Made by a program: the position numbers and the translations under genes
Shown: piece by piece, positions 37,352 through 46,547 of the stretch
Layout of the letters: every line of letters starts with the position of its first letter
How positions within the stretch are numbered: the stretch's first letter is position 1
Notes under the pieces: generated by a model
Told to the model about the DNA's origin: nothing
The model's input: the letters and a program-made list of their open reading frames with translations, nothing else
Databases searched by the model: none
Source of the DNA: an uncultured Acidobacteriaceae bacterium
Lineage (GTDB): Bacteria > Acidobacteriota > Terriglobia > Terriglobales > Acidobacteriaceae
NCBI GenBank assembly: GCA_963699875.1
Contig: CAVOVN010000011.1
Coordinates: 6,744-70,743 of the forward strand
Length of the DNA stretch: 64,000 nt
Reading direction: 5' to 3'

Positions 37352-39141
37352 TTGCCCGAGTATCGCAACCCACAACAGGAGTCCGGCGGCGGCGGTCAAA
37401 GCCGGATGACGCTGGTTCTGGTGGTCACCTTTGCCCTGATCTTGATCGGGCAGTTCGTGCTCATCAAGAACAAAGCGAAGAATCCGCCGCCCAAGACTTC
37501 CACCCCCACGGCCGCCGAGCAAAGTCCTGCGCCTGCGGCTGCGACCCAGCCCGAGCAAGCTCCGGAAAGCCCCAAGACCAAAAGCCCCAAAGCCACTGGG
37601 AAAACTGCCACATTAACCGAGCATAAGGCGGCCACTGGTGAAATCGAGACGGTGGTGGAGAACGATCTCTACCGCATTGTCTTCACCAACAAGGGAGCCC
37701 AAGCCAAGTCGTGGGTACTGAAGAAATACAAGGACGAGAAACGCCAGCCACTCGATCTCGTTAGCTCAGCCGCAACTGATTATGGATATCCTCTCGCCCT
37801 CTACACCTACGACGACAAGCTGCGCGACCAGCTCAACTCCGCGCTGTACGTCGGAAGTGGCGATGCGACCGATCACCGCTCCTGGCGAGCTGACGTACGA
37901 ATACTCCGATGGCGGAGTTACCGTCCGCAAGACCTTCCGCTTCGATGACACCTACGTCCTGCACGTAGAGATCGCCGTAACTCAGAACGGCAAGACCGTT
38001 GAGGCACTTCCCGTCTGGCCCGCGGGCTTTGGAGATCAGTCGACCGGCCCCTCCTACGCCTCTTCGCGTGTGGAGTACGAGGCCGAAGGCAAGGTCACCC
38101 GTCTGGAAGCCAAAAAGGTCAGCGGAGGCAATACCGTTCCGGGACCGTTGAGCTGGGCCGGCGTGCAGGATCAGTACTTCGCGGCGATCTTCCTGCCTGA
38201 TTTGCCGCGCACTGCTGCGCTGATCAGCCTCCATCACCAGATCACCGTGCCGAAAGATCCGGACCATCCTGATCCCGAGCAAGGTGGATACCTACCAGGT
38301 GCTGGGCGCTGCGGTAGGTAACCCCAAAGGCGTCACCAGCGAGCGCATGTTTGTCGGGCCCAAGGCTGTCGATGTTCTCGAATCAGTCAAAGCCAACCTC
38401 GACGACGGCAAGCCCGGTGGCCCCGACCTGCGCCACGTGGTCGACTTCGGCTACTTCAGCTTCTTCGCCCGTCCCCTGTTCCAGTGGTTGAAGTGGACGT
38501 ATAACCACATGGTCCGCAACTGGGGATGGTCGATCATCATCCTGACCGTCATCATCAACATCGCGTTGCTGCCACTGCGTATCACCAGCCAGAAGTCTGC
38601 GCTCAAGATGCAAAAGCTGCAGCCGCAGATGAAGGCGATCCAGGCGAAGTACAAGAACATCCCGATGCGCGACCCGCGGCGCACCGAGATGAACGCTGAG
38701 ATCTCCGAGCTTTACAAAAAGGAAGGCGTCAATCCTGCGGGCGGCTGCTTGCCCCTGCTGATTCAGTTGCCGTTCCTGTGGGCGTTTTACTCGATGCTGG
38801 GAAACGCCATCGAACTCAGGCATGCGCAGTTCCTCTGGATTCACGATCTGTCTTCGCCCGACAAGCTCTACATCCTGCCCGTACTTATTGTGGCGAGTAC
38901 GTTCTACATGCAGAAGCTGACGCCCAGCGCAGGCATGGACCCGGCGCAGCAGAAGATGATGACCTTGATGATGCCTGCTATGCTGGGCTTCTTCAGTTGG
39001 TCGTTGCCTTCCGGCTTGAGCCTGTACTGGACGATGGGCAACGTAATCGCCATCATTCAGCAATCGGTCATGAATCGCACCGGTCTGGGCAAAGAGATGC
39101 GCGCCGAGATGGAGAAGCGCGCCCGCAAGAGCGCTAAGTGA
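37352..39141 (+). pseudogene. yidC: membrane protein insertase YidC, two frame shifts as assembled
   Basis: Three consecutive ORFs in frames +0, +1 and +2 join into one YidC: junction 1 near 37868-37871 (YVGSGDAT / ITAPGELTYEY) and junction 2 near 38280-38284 (PDPEQ / VDTYQVLGAAV). The C-terminal 60-kDa insertase core is intact. Probable TTG start. Confidence 0.9.
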
Positions 39142-39149
39142 GCGAACAT

Positions 39150-39689
39150 ATGCCAATTCAGGACAAAGTGGCTGCTGCTCGAAAAATCAGTGAACTGCTG
39201 AACGGAATCATCAAACATGGCGATTTTCGCCTGAAATACAAGATCCTCGTCGACCCCCCGGCCGTGGATCCGCACGAGGCCGACAACCCCGTCATCCTGG
39301 TGGACCTCGGCGGAGCCGACACCCCGCTGTTGCTGGAACGCGGCGCCGAACTGCTGCGCGCCTTCGAGCAGGTCGCTCTCGAGATGCTGAGGCTCTCAAC
39401 CGAAGAGCATGACCTGGTGCTGTTCGATTGCCAGAACTTCCGCACGGCCCGCAAGAAAGAGCTGCGCATGGCGTCGGAAGTTGCCGCCGAGCAGGTGCGC
39501 CGCACCGGCATCCCTTACGCCTTCGGTCCCATGGCTTCGCGCGAGCGTCGTCTCGTACATCTCGCGTTGCGCGATGCCACTGACCTGCGCACTGAGAGCG
39601 CTGGCGAGGCGCTGCAGAGGTATGTCGTGGTCTATCCCAAGGATTACAGCGGCAAGCCTCCTGCACCGGCCGTGAGCCGCCGGCGGTAG
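39150..39689 (+). CDS. jag: Jag/KhpB-type RNA-binding protein (KH and R3H domains)
   Basis: Position after yidC. R3H-type segment SRERRLVHLAL. An alternative GTG start at 39138 overlaps the yidC stop. Confidence 0.85.
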   Translation: MPIQDKVAAARKISELLNGIIKHGDFRLKYKILVDPPAVDPHEADNPVILVDLGGADTPLLLERGAELLRAFEQVALEMLRLSTEEHDLVLFDCQNFRTARKKELRMASEVAAEQVRRTGIPYAFGPMASRERRLVHLALRDATDLRTESAGEALQRYVVVYPKDYSGKPPAPAVSRRR

Positions 39690-39703
39690 CACTTCCAGCT
39701 ACT

Positions 39704-39755
39704 GTCATCCTGAGCGGAGCGACTCGCCGAAGGTGAAGAGCGAAGTCGAAGGACC
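39704..39755 (+). repeat. solo copy of the GTCATCCTGAGCG... dispersed repeat
   Basis: GTCATCCTGAGCGGAGCGACTCGCCGAAGGTGAAGAGCGAAGTCGAAGGACC. Confidence 0.75.
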
Positions 39756-39836
39756 CCTATACGCGCGAAACTCTATCTGGGCTGCGAGAAGACGCACCTA
39801 CAACCGCGGCCCTACCGCTCACATCCGACAGAACAC

Positions 39837-40925
39837 ATGGGGTTTTTCGACAGCCGGACGGCGCGCGCGCTGGCGACCATACTCGTCTTCGTTGTGGCGA
39901 CGTGGTTCGTCTACCAGGTACGCAGCACGCTCGTACTGGTGCTGTTCTCGGTCTTTTTCGCCTACCTTCTTGAGCCCATCGTGCTTCGCATTCAACGATC
40001 GCCGATTGGACGCAACTCGCGCGGCCTGGCAATCCTGGAGACCTACGTCATTTGCGGCGGCATTCTGACCCTGCTGCTGTTCATCTTTGGTCCTCGCATC
40101 GCCGACGATATGCGTCGGCTGATCCAATCCATGCCCAGCTTGCTCGACCGCGTAGCCAGTGGCAAGATCGTCTGGCAGCTCGGCAGTCGCCATGGCTGGA
40201 GCTACGACACGCAAGCCCACATCGAACAGTTCATCGCCAGCCACCGTGATGCCATCGAGAATTTCACCAGCCACATCGGCGCCAGCATTGCCGGCTCGCT
40301 GAAGCACGCCATCTGGTTCTTGCTGATTCCCATCCTCGCCATATTCTTCCTCAAGGACGGGCGCAAGCTGTCGGAAGCCACGATTCACACTTTCAATCGC
40401 CGCGCACAACGACGCTTCCTGCGCGATGTTATCCAGGACCTCGACGAGATGCTCGCGTCGTTTATCGGCGCTCAACTGATTCTCGCCAGCGCGGCGATGC
40501 TCGTTCTGACGAGCTTCTTTTGGCTGATGCATCTGCCTTACGGACTGGCGCTAGGAGTCACCGCCGGATTCTTGGAATTCATTCCTGTTGTAGGGCCGGC
40601 TGTCGCCGCCGCGCTGGTACTCGGAGTAGGATTCCTCGACGCCTTTCCTCACCTGCTGTGGATCGTCGTGTTTCTAGGCTTGTGGCGACTGGTGCAGGAC
40701 TATCTCATCTCTCCTCGCGTTATGGGCAACAAGGTCGAACTGCATCCCATGGCCGCAATCATTGCCGTCTTGATGGGCAACGAGATCGCAGGCGTTATCG
40801 GCGTGTATCTGTCTATTCCAGTCGCGGCAACGCTGCGCATTCTGTGGGTGCGCTGGCAACTCACTCGCGCCCTCCAAACAGACACGAATCAGCCCAGTCC
40901 CGAAACTCGGCGAACCGCAGCGTGA
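39837..40925 (+). CDS. AI-2E family transporter (PerM/UPF0118)
   Basis: 362 aa with about 8 TM helices. Conserved FIPVVGP and LSIPVAA segments typical of the family. Confidence 0.85.
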   Translation: MGFFDSRTARALATILVFVVATWFVYQVRSTLVLVLFSVFFAYLLEPIVLRIQRSPIGRNSRGLAILETYVICGGILTLLLFIFGPRIADDMRRLIQSMPSLLDRVASGKIVWQLGSRHGWSYDTQAHIEQFIASHRDAIENFTSHIGASIAGSLKHAIWFLLIPILAIFFLKDGRKLSEATIHTFNRRAQRRFLRDVIQDLDEMLASFIGAQLILASAAMLVLTSFFWLMHLPYGLALGVTAGFLEFIPVVGPAVAAALVLGVGFLDAFPHLLWIVVFLGLWRLVQDYLISPRVMGNKVELHPMAAIIAVLMGNEIAGVIGVYLSIPVAATLRILWVRWQLTRALQTDTNQPSPETRRTAA

Positions 40926-40933
40926 GGAAGAGC

Positions 40934-41368
40934 TTAAAGCGAAGCCGCGGATTTGCGCGGATCTTCACGGATCATTTTGAAGTCATTGTCCAGTCGCATT
41001 CTTTTGAATTGAGGCCGAGTTCCGAAGTTGAGCAGTAATCCGACCTCGAAGCTTGTGGCCTTCAGATAGTTGAGCAGTTGCGCTTGGTGAATGCCTTCGA
41101 GAGCTCGGGCAGACTTGAGTTCTACGATCACCTTCTCGGCTACGACGAGGTCGGTGCGAAACATGGCCAGCCGTTCGCCGCGAAAATACACCTGCACCGA
41201 TTTTTCAGATTCAACCTTCAAGGCCAAGGACCGCAGGGCGACGATCATCGCTTCCCGATAGACCGACTCAAGAAAGCCGTGTCCGAGTTCGTTGTACACG
41301 TCATAAAAGCAGCCGATGACAACGTCGGTTATTTCGGCGTGCTTGAGTGCGGTTCCGTCATTCGGCAT
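40934..41368 (-). CDS. GxxExxY protein (PD-(D/E)XK nuclease superfamily)
   Basis: GHGFLESVYREAM contains the eponymous GxxExxY motif. 144 aa, the typical length. Confidence 0.85.
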   Translation of the reverse strand: MPNDGTALKHAEITDVVIGCFYDVYNELGHGFLESVYREAMIVALRSLALKVESEKSVQVYFRGERLAMFRTDLVVAEKVIVELKSARALEGIHQAQLLNYLKATSFEVGLLLNFGTRPQFKRMRLDNDFKMIREDPRKSAASL

Positions 41369-41412
41369 CTTTAGTTCCCAATCATCCGTGAAGATCCGCG
41401 TAAATCCGTGGC
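40943..41412. mobile_element. 470-bp cassette: GxxExxY gene bounded by 32-nt terminal inverted repeats
   Basis: 40943-40974 is GCCGCGGATTTGCGCGGATCTTCACGGATCAT. The reverse complement of 41381-41412 is GCCACGGATTTACGCGGATCTTCACGGATGAT, giving 29/32 identical. Confidence 0.45.
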
Positions 41413-42944
41413 GAAAACGCCTTTCCTCTCTTCCGGTTCACCACCCGAATCCCAGCCCGCCAATGCTCATCGAGCTGCACCAGCTGCCATTCGATCTGCG
41501 GCGACACGTATTTCAGCAGCACGCTGGTTGCCGGATGGGTGCGCAGCACTGGCGTGACCAGATACAGAAGAGGCGGAGCATCGGACAACTCACATCGGGG
41601 GAAATAGCCGTTGCGCGCGAAGCCGCCATTCTGCTGGTGCCAGCGGACGCGGGCCCAGTAGTCCAGGCCTTGAATTGCAAGATGAAGGTCATCATCGGCT
41701 TTCAGCTCAAGAATGGCGAGGCGACCGTCAATCGTTACGCTCAGCACGTCGAGCATCGCTCGGTCGGAGGCGGTGAAGGCTGGAACCTGCGAGTAAACGT
41801 GTGCGGGATTCAACCGCTCGTCAATCGAGCGTACGTCGCGAGTGATAAGCGACTCCAGCCAACGCTCGGGACATAGCCGATAAAGCGGATCGCCGTGCGC
41901 ACCGGCAGGATGACGGCTGGTGGTGAGCCGCTCGATGAATCTGTTGAACAGCTCTTCGGTGAACTCGTCGAGCGTGTATTCCGCCGGGCCCATGCCAAAA
42001 GCAATGGTTTCGTTATTGCGAAACGACCCCGCGACCGGAGCCAGCCGTGCCCGCGCGAACTCCAGCCCATACAGCCGGAAGACGATTTCCGTAGGCGATT
42101 CGATACTTACATCCGCGTAGGGAACCAGCTCCTGAATGCGCGTAATCGACGCGGCGAAGCGCTCGCGGGTGGTACGTGGGTCTAGGGCACGAACCAACCG
42201 CGTCGCGAGGTTTCCGTGATCGCGGAAATCGAGCTCCTCGCACGTTTCAGCGCGCCCTCCAACCTGGTATAGCTGCCACTTGACCGCGTTCTGATCGAGG
42301 TGCGCCATGCGCTGGCTCACGATCTCTGCTCGCCCCTGCGGAAGAAAAAGCTTGAGTCCCTCAATGTGGTACCTGTCGGCGCGCTGCCGATGATAGTCCA
42401 GCCAGAGGATGCCAAAAGTAAGCGCCGCATCAATCGACGCCTGGCTCTCATCCCCATTCACGCCGAGAACAGCAAATGCTGACTGTCCATGGCGAACGAC
42501 TGCTCGGGTGTAAACCGGGCTGAACGAATGTTCCAGGTCAGCCTTGGCGCTGACGGATTCGATCTTCGCGCCCGGATACTCGCGCTCCAGCAGACGGACC
42601 AGCAACTTCTGATACTGCGCGCGGCCGGCACGTTGCGCGGTGGCGCTGCGCTGTCCAGCGTCGGCCACGATTTCGAGCACCTCGGGTTTTGACTGCCCAA
42701 AGCGAAGAGCTGATAGGCGGAGCATGCGCGGCCTGGTCTCGAAGTCGAGCACGCGGCGTACGATGTTGCGCTCTTCCGACCACACATGCAGAACGCACTT
42801 GCCCTCGCCTGAGACCGAATACCGGGCAGTGCTGAAATCGAACAACACATCGCCGTTTTCAATTAGCACGGCATGCGGCGCTTCGAGCAGAAAGACTTCC
42901 AACTCGCGGGCGAGTGCCTCGGCGGTGAGAGAGGTGGTCAGCAT
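41382..42944 (-). CDS. conserved hypothetical protein with C-terminal PD-(D/E)XK-like nuclease motif
   Basis: 520 aa. The segment DVLSVTIDGRLAILELKADDD fits D-x(n)-E-x-K. The last 10 codons lie in the right inverted repeat of the neighbouring cassette. Confidence 0.55.
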   Translation of the reverse strand: MLTTSLTAEALARELEVFLLEAPHAVLIENGDVLFDFSTARYSVSGEGKCVLHVWSEERNIVRRVLDFETRPRMLRLSALRFGQSKPEVLEIVADAGQRSATAQRAGRAQYQKLLVRLLEREYPGAKIESVSAKADLEHSFSPVYTRAVVRHGQSAFAVLGVNGDESQASIDAALTFGILWLDYHRQRADRYHIEGLKLFLPQGRAEIVSQRMAHLDQNAVKWQLYQVGGRAETCEELDFRDHGNLATRLVRALDPRTTRERFAASITRIQELVPYADVSIESPTEIVFRLYGLEFARARLAPVAGSFRNNETIAFGMGPAEYTLDEFTEELFNRFIERLTTSRHPAGAHGDPLYRLCPERWLESLITRDVRSIDERLNPAHVYSQVPAFTASDRAMLDVLSVTIDGRLAILELKADDDLHLAIQGLDYWARVRWHQQNGGFARNGYFPRCELSDAPPLLYLVTPVLRTHPATSVLLKYVSPQIEWQLVQLDEHWRAGIRVVNRKRGKAFSPRIYADLHG

Positions 42945-43070
42945 ACACCTTAGCCAAGACTAGCCAAGTCCCGCGCGCGATCGCTGCAATGATCCGCACA
43001 GCGCTGTGTGATAATCGAACATAGCGTGTGGCCTGCGCACAGCGCGGGTTCCTGCAACAAAGAACTGGAA

Positions 43071-43152
43071 CCACGGATTTGCACGGATCTACGCCGAGAT
43101 GTTTCTTATCTCCAGATTTCCGGATCCGCGGTCATCCGCGTAAATCCGCGGC
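43071..43152. repeat. gene-less inverted pair of the GGATTT(A/G)CGCGGATC repeat (MITE-like)
   Basis: CCACGGATTTGCACGGATC at 43071-43089 and CCGGATCCGCGGTCATCCGCGTAAATCCGCGGC at 43120-43152. Confidence 0.7.
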
Positions 43153-43214
43153 TTGATTCCTCTTCTCGGTGATGCTGTAAGCGTCCTCCGAAGCCCGCGA
43201 GACATCCAATAGGT

Positions 43215-44645
43215 GTGACCATGGACAAGAAGTTTTTCTTTGACCGCTACGGGCTAACGCAGGCTGACATAGAGCGCTACCTGGCGGCGGCGCTTTCGGC
43301 TGGCGGCGACTACGCTGACCTCTACTTCGAGTATCAGATCTCGACCTCGGTTTCGCTCGACGAGAGCATGGTGAAATCAGCCAGCCAGGGAACATCCGTC
43401 GGTTGCGGAGTTCGCGTACTTTCAGGCGATCGCACCGGATACGCCTACACCGACGATCTCTCGTCGCAGCGCATTTTGCATGCGGCACGAACCGCGGCTC
43501 TCATTGCCAGCGGTCCGGCCAAGCAGCCAGTGGTCGGCCTGACCGATACCCCGCCCCACAACTTGTATCCCGTACCGTTGCCGTCGGTGGAGGCCGAAGT
43601 CCTGGCCAAGGTTGACCTGGTGCAGCGCGCCGACAAGGCAGCGCGCGCCTATGACCCGCGCATTCACGAAGTGCGCGTGAGCTACGCCGACGAGTTGCGG
43701 CGCATCCTGGTCATCGGATCCGACGGAAGCTTTGCCGAAGATTCACAACCTATGGCGCGGATGAGTGTGTTCTGCATCGCCAAGACCGAGCAGGGTTCTG
43801 CCCGCGGAACTTCTGGGGGCGGCGGCCGCGTTGGCATCGAGTTCTTCCAGACAGAGAAGACACCGGAGCACTTCGCTGTGGAAGCAGCCCGCGAGGCCAT
43901 CGTTCAACTCGACGCACGCAACGCTCCGGCGGGCGAAATGGAAGTAGTGCTCGGTCCCGGGTGGCCGGGAGTCCTGCTGCACGAGGCGATCGGACACGGC
44001 TTGGAAGCCGACTTCAACCGCAAGAAGACCTCCGCCTTCTCTGACATGATGGGACGTCGCGTCGCCAGCGACAAATGCACGGTGATCGACAACGGCACCA
44101 TGCCCGGCAGGCGCGGATCACTCAACGTCGATGACGAAGGCAATCGCACCGACAGCACGGTGCTGATCGAGAAAGGAATTCTAAAGGCCTATCTCACCGA
44201 CAAGCTCTCTTCGCGGCTGATGAACTTGCCGAACACCGGCAACGGCAGGCGCGAGAGCTATCAGCACATTCCTATGCCGCGCATGACCAACACCTACATG
44301 CTCGCCGGCCAGGATTCGCCTGAGGACATCATTCGCTCCGTCAAGTATGGCGTGTACGCGGTGAATTTCGGCGGCGGACAGGTCGACATTACCAATGGCA
44401 AATTTGTGTTCTCCGCGTCGGAGGCGTACCTGATTGAGGACGGCAAGGTCACTGCGCCGCTCAAGAACGCCACCCTGATCGGCAACGGGCCTGATGTGTT
44501 GACCAAAGTTTCGATGGTTGGCAACGATCTGAAACTCGACGAGGGTGTCGGCACTTGCGGCAAAGATGGGCAGTCCGTCCCTGTGGGAGTAGGCATTCCT
44601 ACATTGAAAATTGATCGTCTGACAGTGGGCGGAACGGGCAACTGA
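43215..44645 (+). CDS. tldD: metalloprotease TldD
   Basis: HEAIGHGLE zinc motif. 476 aa full length. Confidence 0.95.
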   Translation: MTMDKKFFFDRYGLTQADIERYLAAALSAGGDYADLYFEYQISTSVSLDESMVKSASQGTSVGCGVRVLSGDRTGYAYTDDLSSQRILHAARTAALIASGPAKQPVVGLTDTPPHNLYPVPLPSVEAEVLAKVDLVQRADKAARAYDPRIHEVRVSYADELRRILVIGSDGSFAEDSQPMARMSVFCIAKTEQGSARGTSGGGGRVGIEFFQTEKTPEHFAVEAAREAIVQLDARNAPAGEMEVVLGPGWPGVLLHEAIGHGLEADFNRKKTSAFSDMMGRRVASDKCTVIDNGTMPGRRGSLNVDDEGNRTDSTVLIEKGILKAYLTDKLSSRLMNLPNTGNGRRESYQHIPMPRMTNTYMLAGQDSPEDIIRSVKYGVYAVNFGGGQVDITNGKFVFSASEAYLIEDGKVTAPLKNATLIGNGPDVLTKVSMVGNDLKLDEGVGTCGKDGQSVPVGVGIPTLKIDRLTVGGTGN

Positions 44646-44908
44646 GCGGGCCTTGGCTCCCGGGCAGTAATCCACAGATTGTGATCCGATTCACACTTCC
44701 GCAATACTCGCGTGAGTCGTTGATTCGCCAAGGCTTACTGTAGGATATGCCAGGTGTGGGATGTCCCACTTGGCGATTTCCACAAAGCTTCCACAGGGTG
44801 GGATAAGCAAGTCAGGCCGACGGCCCTCTGACAATGTAGGACTAAACTCCTCTGAGAATAACTCAGACACTGTGACACAAAATCGAAATTGAATAAGGCC
44901 CAGCAAAC

Positions 44909-46304
44909 ATGAGCACTAGCACGACATCACTGAACCCAACCAATGCCGGGGCGTCCGTCGACCTCAAGGAAGTCGCGACCGACGCTGTCCGCTTGGCGAT
45001 GCAACAGGGCGCAAGCGCCGCCGAAGCCGTCGCTACCGACGGCAGCGAATTCTCCACCACCGTCAGGCTCGGCCAGGTCGAGACACTGAAAGAAGCAGGG
45101 TCGAAGGCTGTGGGAGTTCGCGTCTTTATCGGACAAAGTTCGGCTAGCACCTATTCCAGCGACCTTACTCCCGAAGGGGTAAAGAAGATGGTGGAATCGG
45201 CTGTCGCACTGGCGCGAATCACCACCGCGGACCCGATGGCCGGTCTACCGGATCCTGCCGAGTTGGGACGGCTCGATTGCGATCTCGGCCTGTACCACGA
45301 CGACGTGTACTCGCTTTCGCCTGAAGATCGCATCGACTATGCGCGCCGCGCGGAGAAAGCTGCGACCAGCGTAGACCCTCGCATTGTGAATTCCGATGGC
45401 GGCTCGTTCGACGCGGCTGTGGGATACAAGGTGTTGGCGAACTCGTTGGGATTCGTTGGCGACAATCGTCGTTCGTACTGCTCGGTGGTCGCCGTCCCGA
45501 TCGCGCAGATCGAAGGCTCGGCTATGCAGCGTGACTACTGGTACTCGGTCTCGCATTCGCTGAAGAAGTTGGCGTCACCCGAAGAAGTTGGGGCCATCGC
45601 TGCAAAACGGACATTGCGACGTTTAGGGGCGCGCAAGGTCAAGACCGCCAAGGTCCCGATCGTGTTCGAGAACACCGTGGCTGGCGCGCTGCTCGGACAT
45701 ATCTTCGAAGCGGTGAACGGCGACTCAGTTTATCGCGGAGCGTCGTTCCTGACCGGCAAGTTGAATGAGAAGATCGCCGGCGAAAATATCAACATCGTTG
45801 ATGACGGAACGATTCCCGGCCTGTTCGGCACGCAGCCCCTTCGATAGCGAAGGCGTTGTCAGCCGCCGAACCAATGTCATCGAGAACGGCGTCTTGAAGT
45901 CCTACCTGCTCAACACCTACACAGCAAAAAAGCTCGCACTGAAAACCACAGGCAATGCTTCCCGCGGTTTAGCGGGCACGCCCGGTATCGGGCCTGGCAA
46001 TTTCTTTTTGCAGCCGGGGGATAAGAGCCTTCAGGAAATTATCGGCGACATCAAAGAAGGACTGTTCGTTACGGAATTCTTAGGACACGGCGTCAACCTC
46101 GTCACCGGAGATTTTTCGCGCGGCGCAAGTGGGCTCTGGATCGAAAACGGCGAGATCACTTTTCCGGTAGAAGAGATTACCGTTGCCGGCAATCTCAAAG
46201 ATATGTTGTGTAACGTGAGCGAGATTGGCAGCGACTTGGAATTTCGCAGCGCAGTCGCATGTCCTACACTGCGGATAGATGGCATGACGGTCGCAGGAGA
46301 GTAG
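44909..46304 (+). pseudogene. pmbA: metalloprotease PmbA/TldE, frame-shifted as assembled
   Basis: The two overlapping ORFs join near 45829-45832: DDGTIPGLFGT, then SPFDSEGVVSRRTNVIENGVLKSYL in the +1 frame. Confidence 0.85.
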
Positions 46305-46323
46305 GACGTTTCTGGGCCTCAGC

Positions 46324-46467
46324 TTTGAAAGGGCACGGCTTTAGCCGTGTCGCCCAGAGGGCGAAGGCGCACCGCCTTTAGGCGAGGAGGGGACGCTTTT
46401 CCTCAGCGGCTGAAGCCGACTCATTATTCTCCGAATGCGGCACGCCTCAAGGCGTGCCCCTTCAAAA
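46324..46467. repeat. inverted pair of a TTTGAA(A/G)GGGCACG... hairpin repeat
   Basis: TTTGAAAGGGCACGGCTTTAGCCGTG at 46324-46349 and CGGCACGCCTCAAGGCGTGCCCCTTCAAAA at 46438-46467. Confidence 0.6.
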
Positions 46468-46547
46468 CAAGACGACATCACATCTAAACCTGCGCTCGGA
46501 ATTCCGGATCTCAAGGAGCAATGCCTGCATCCGCGGTTCGGTTCGTC

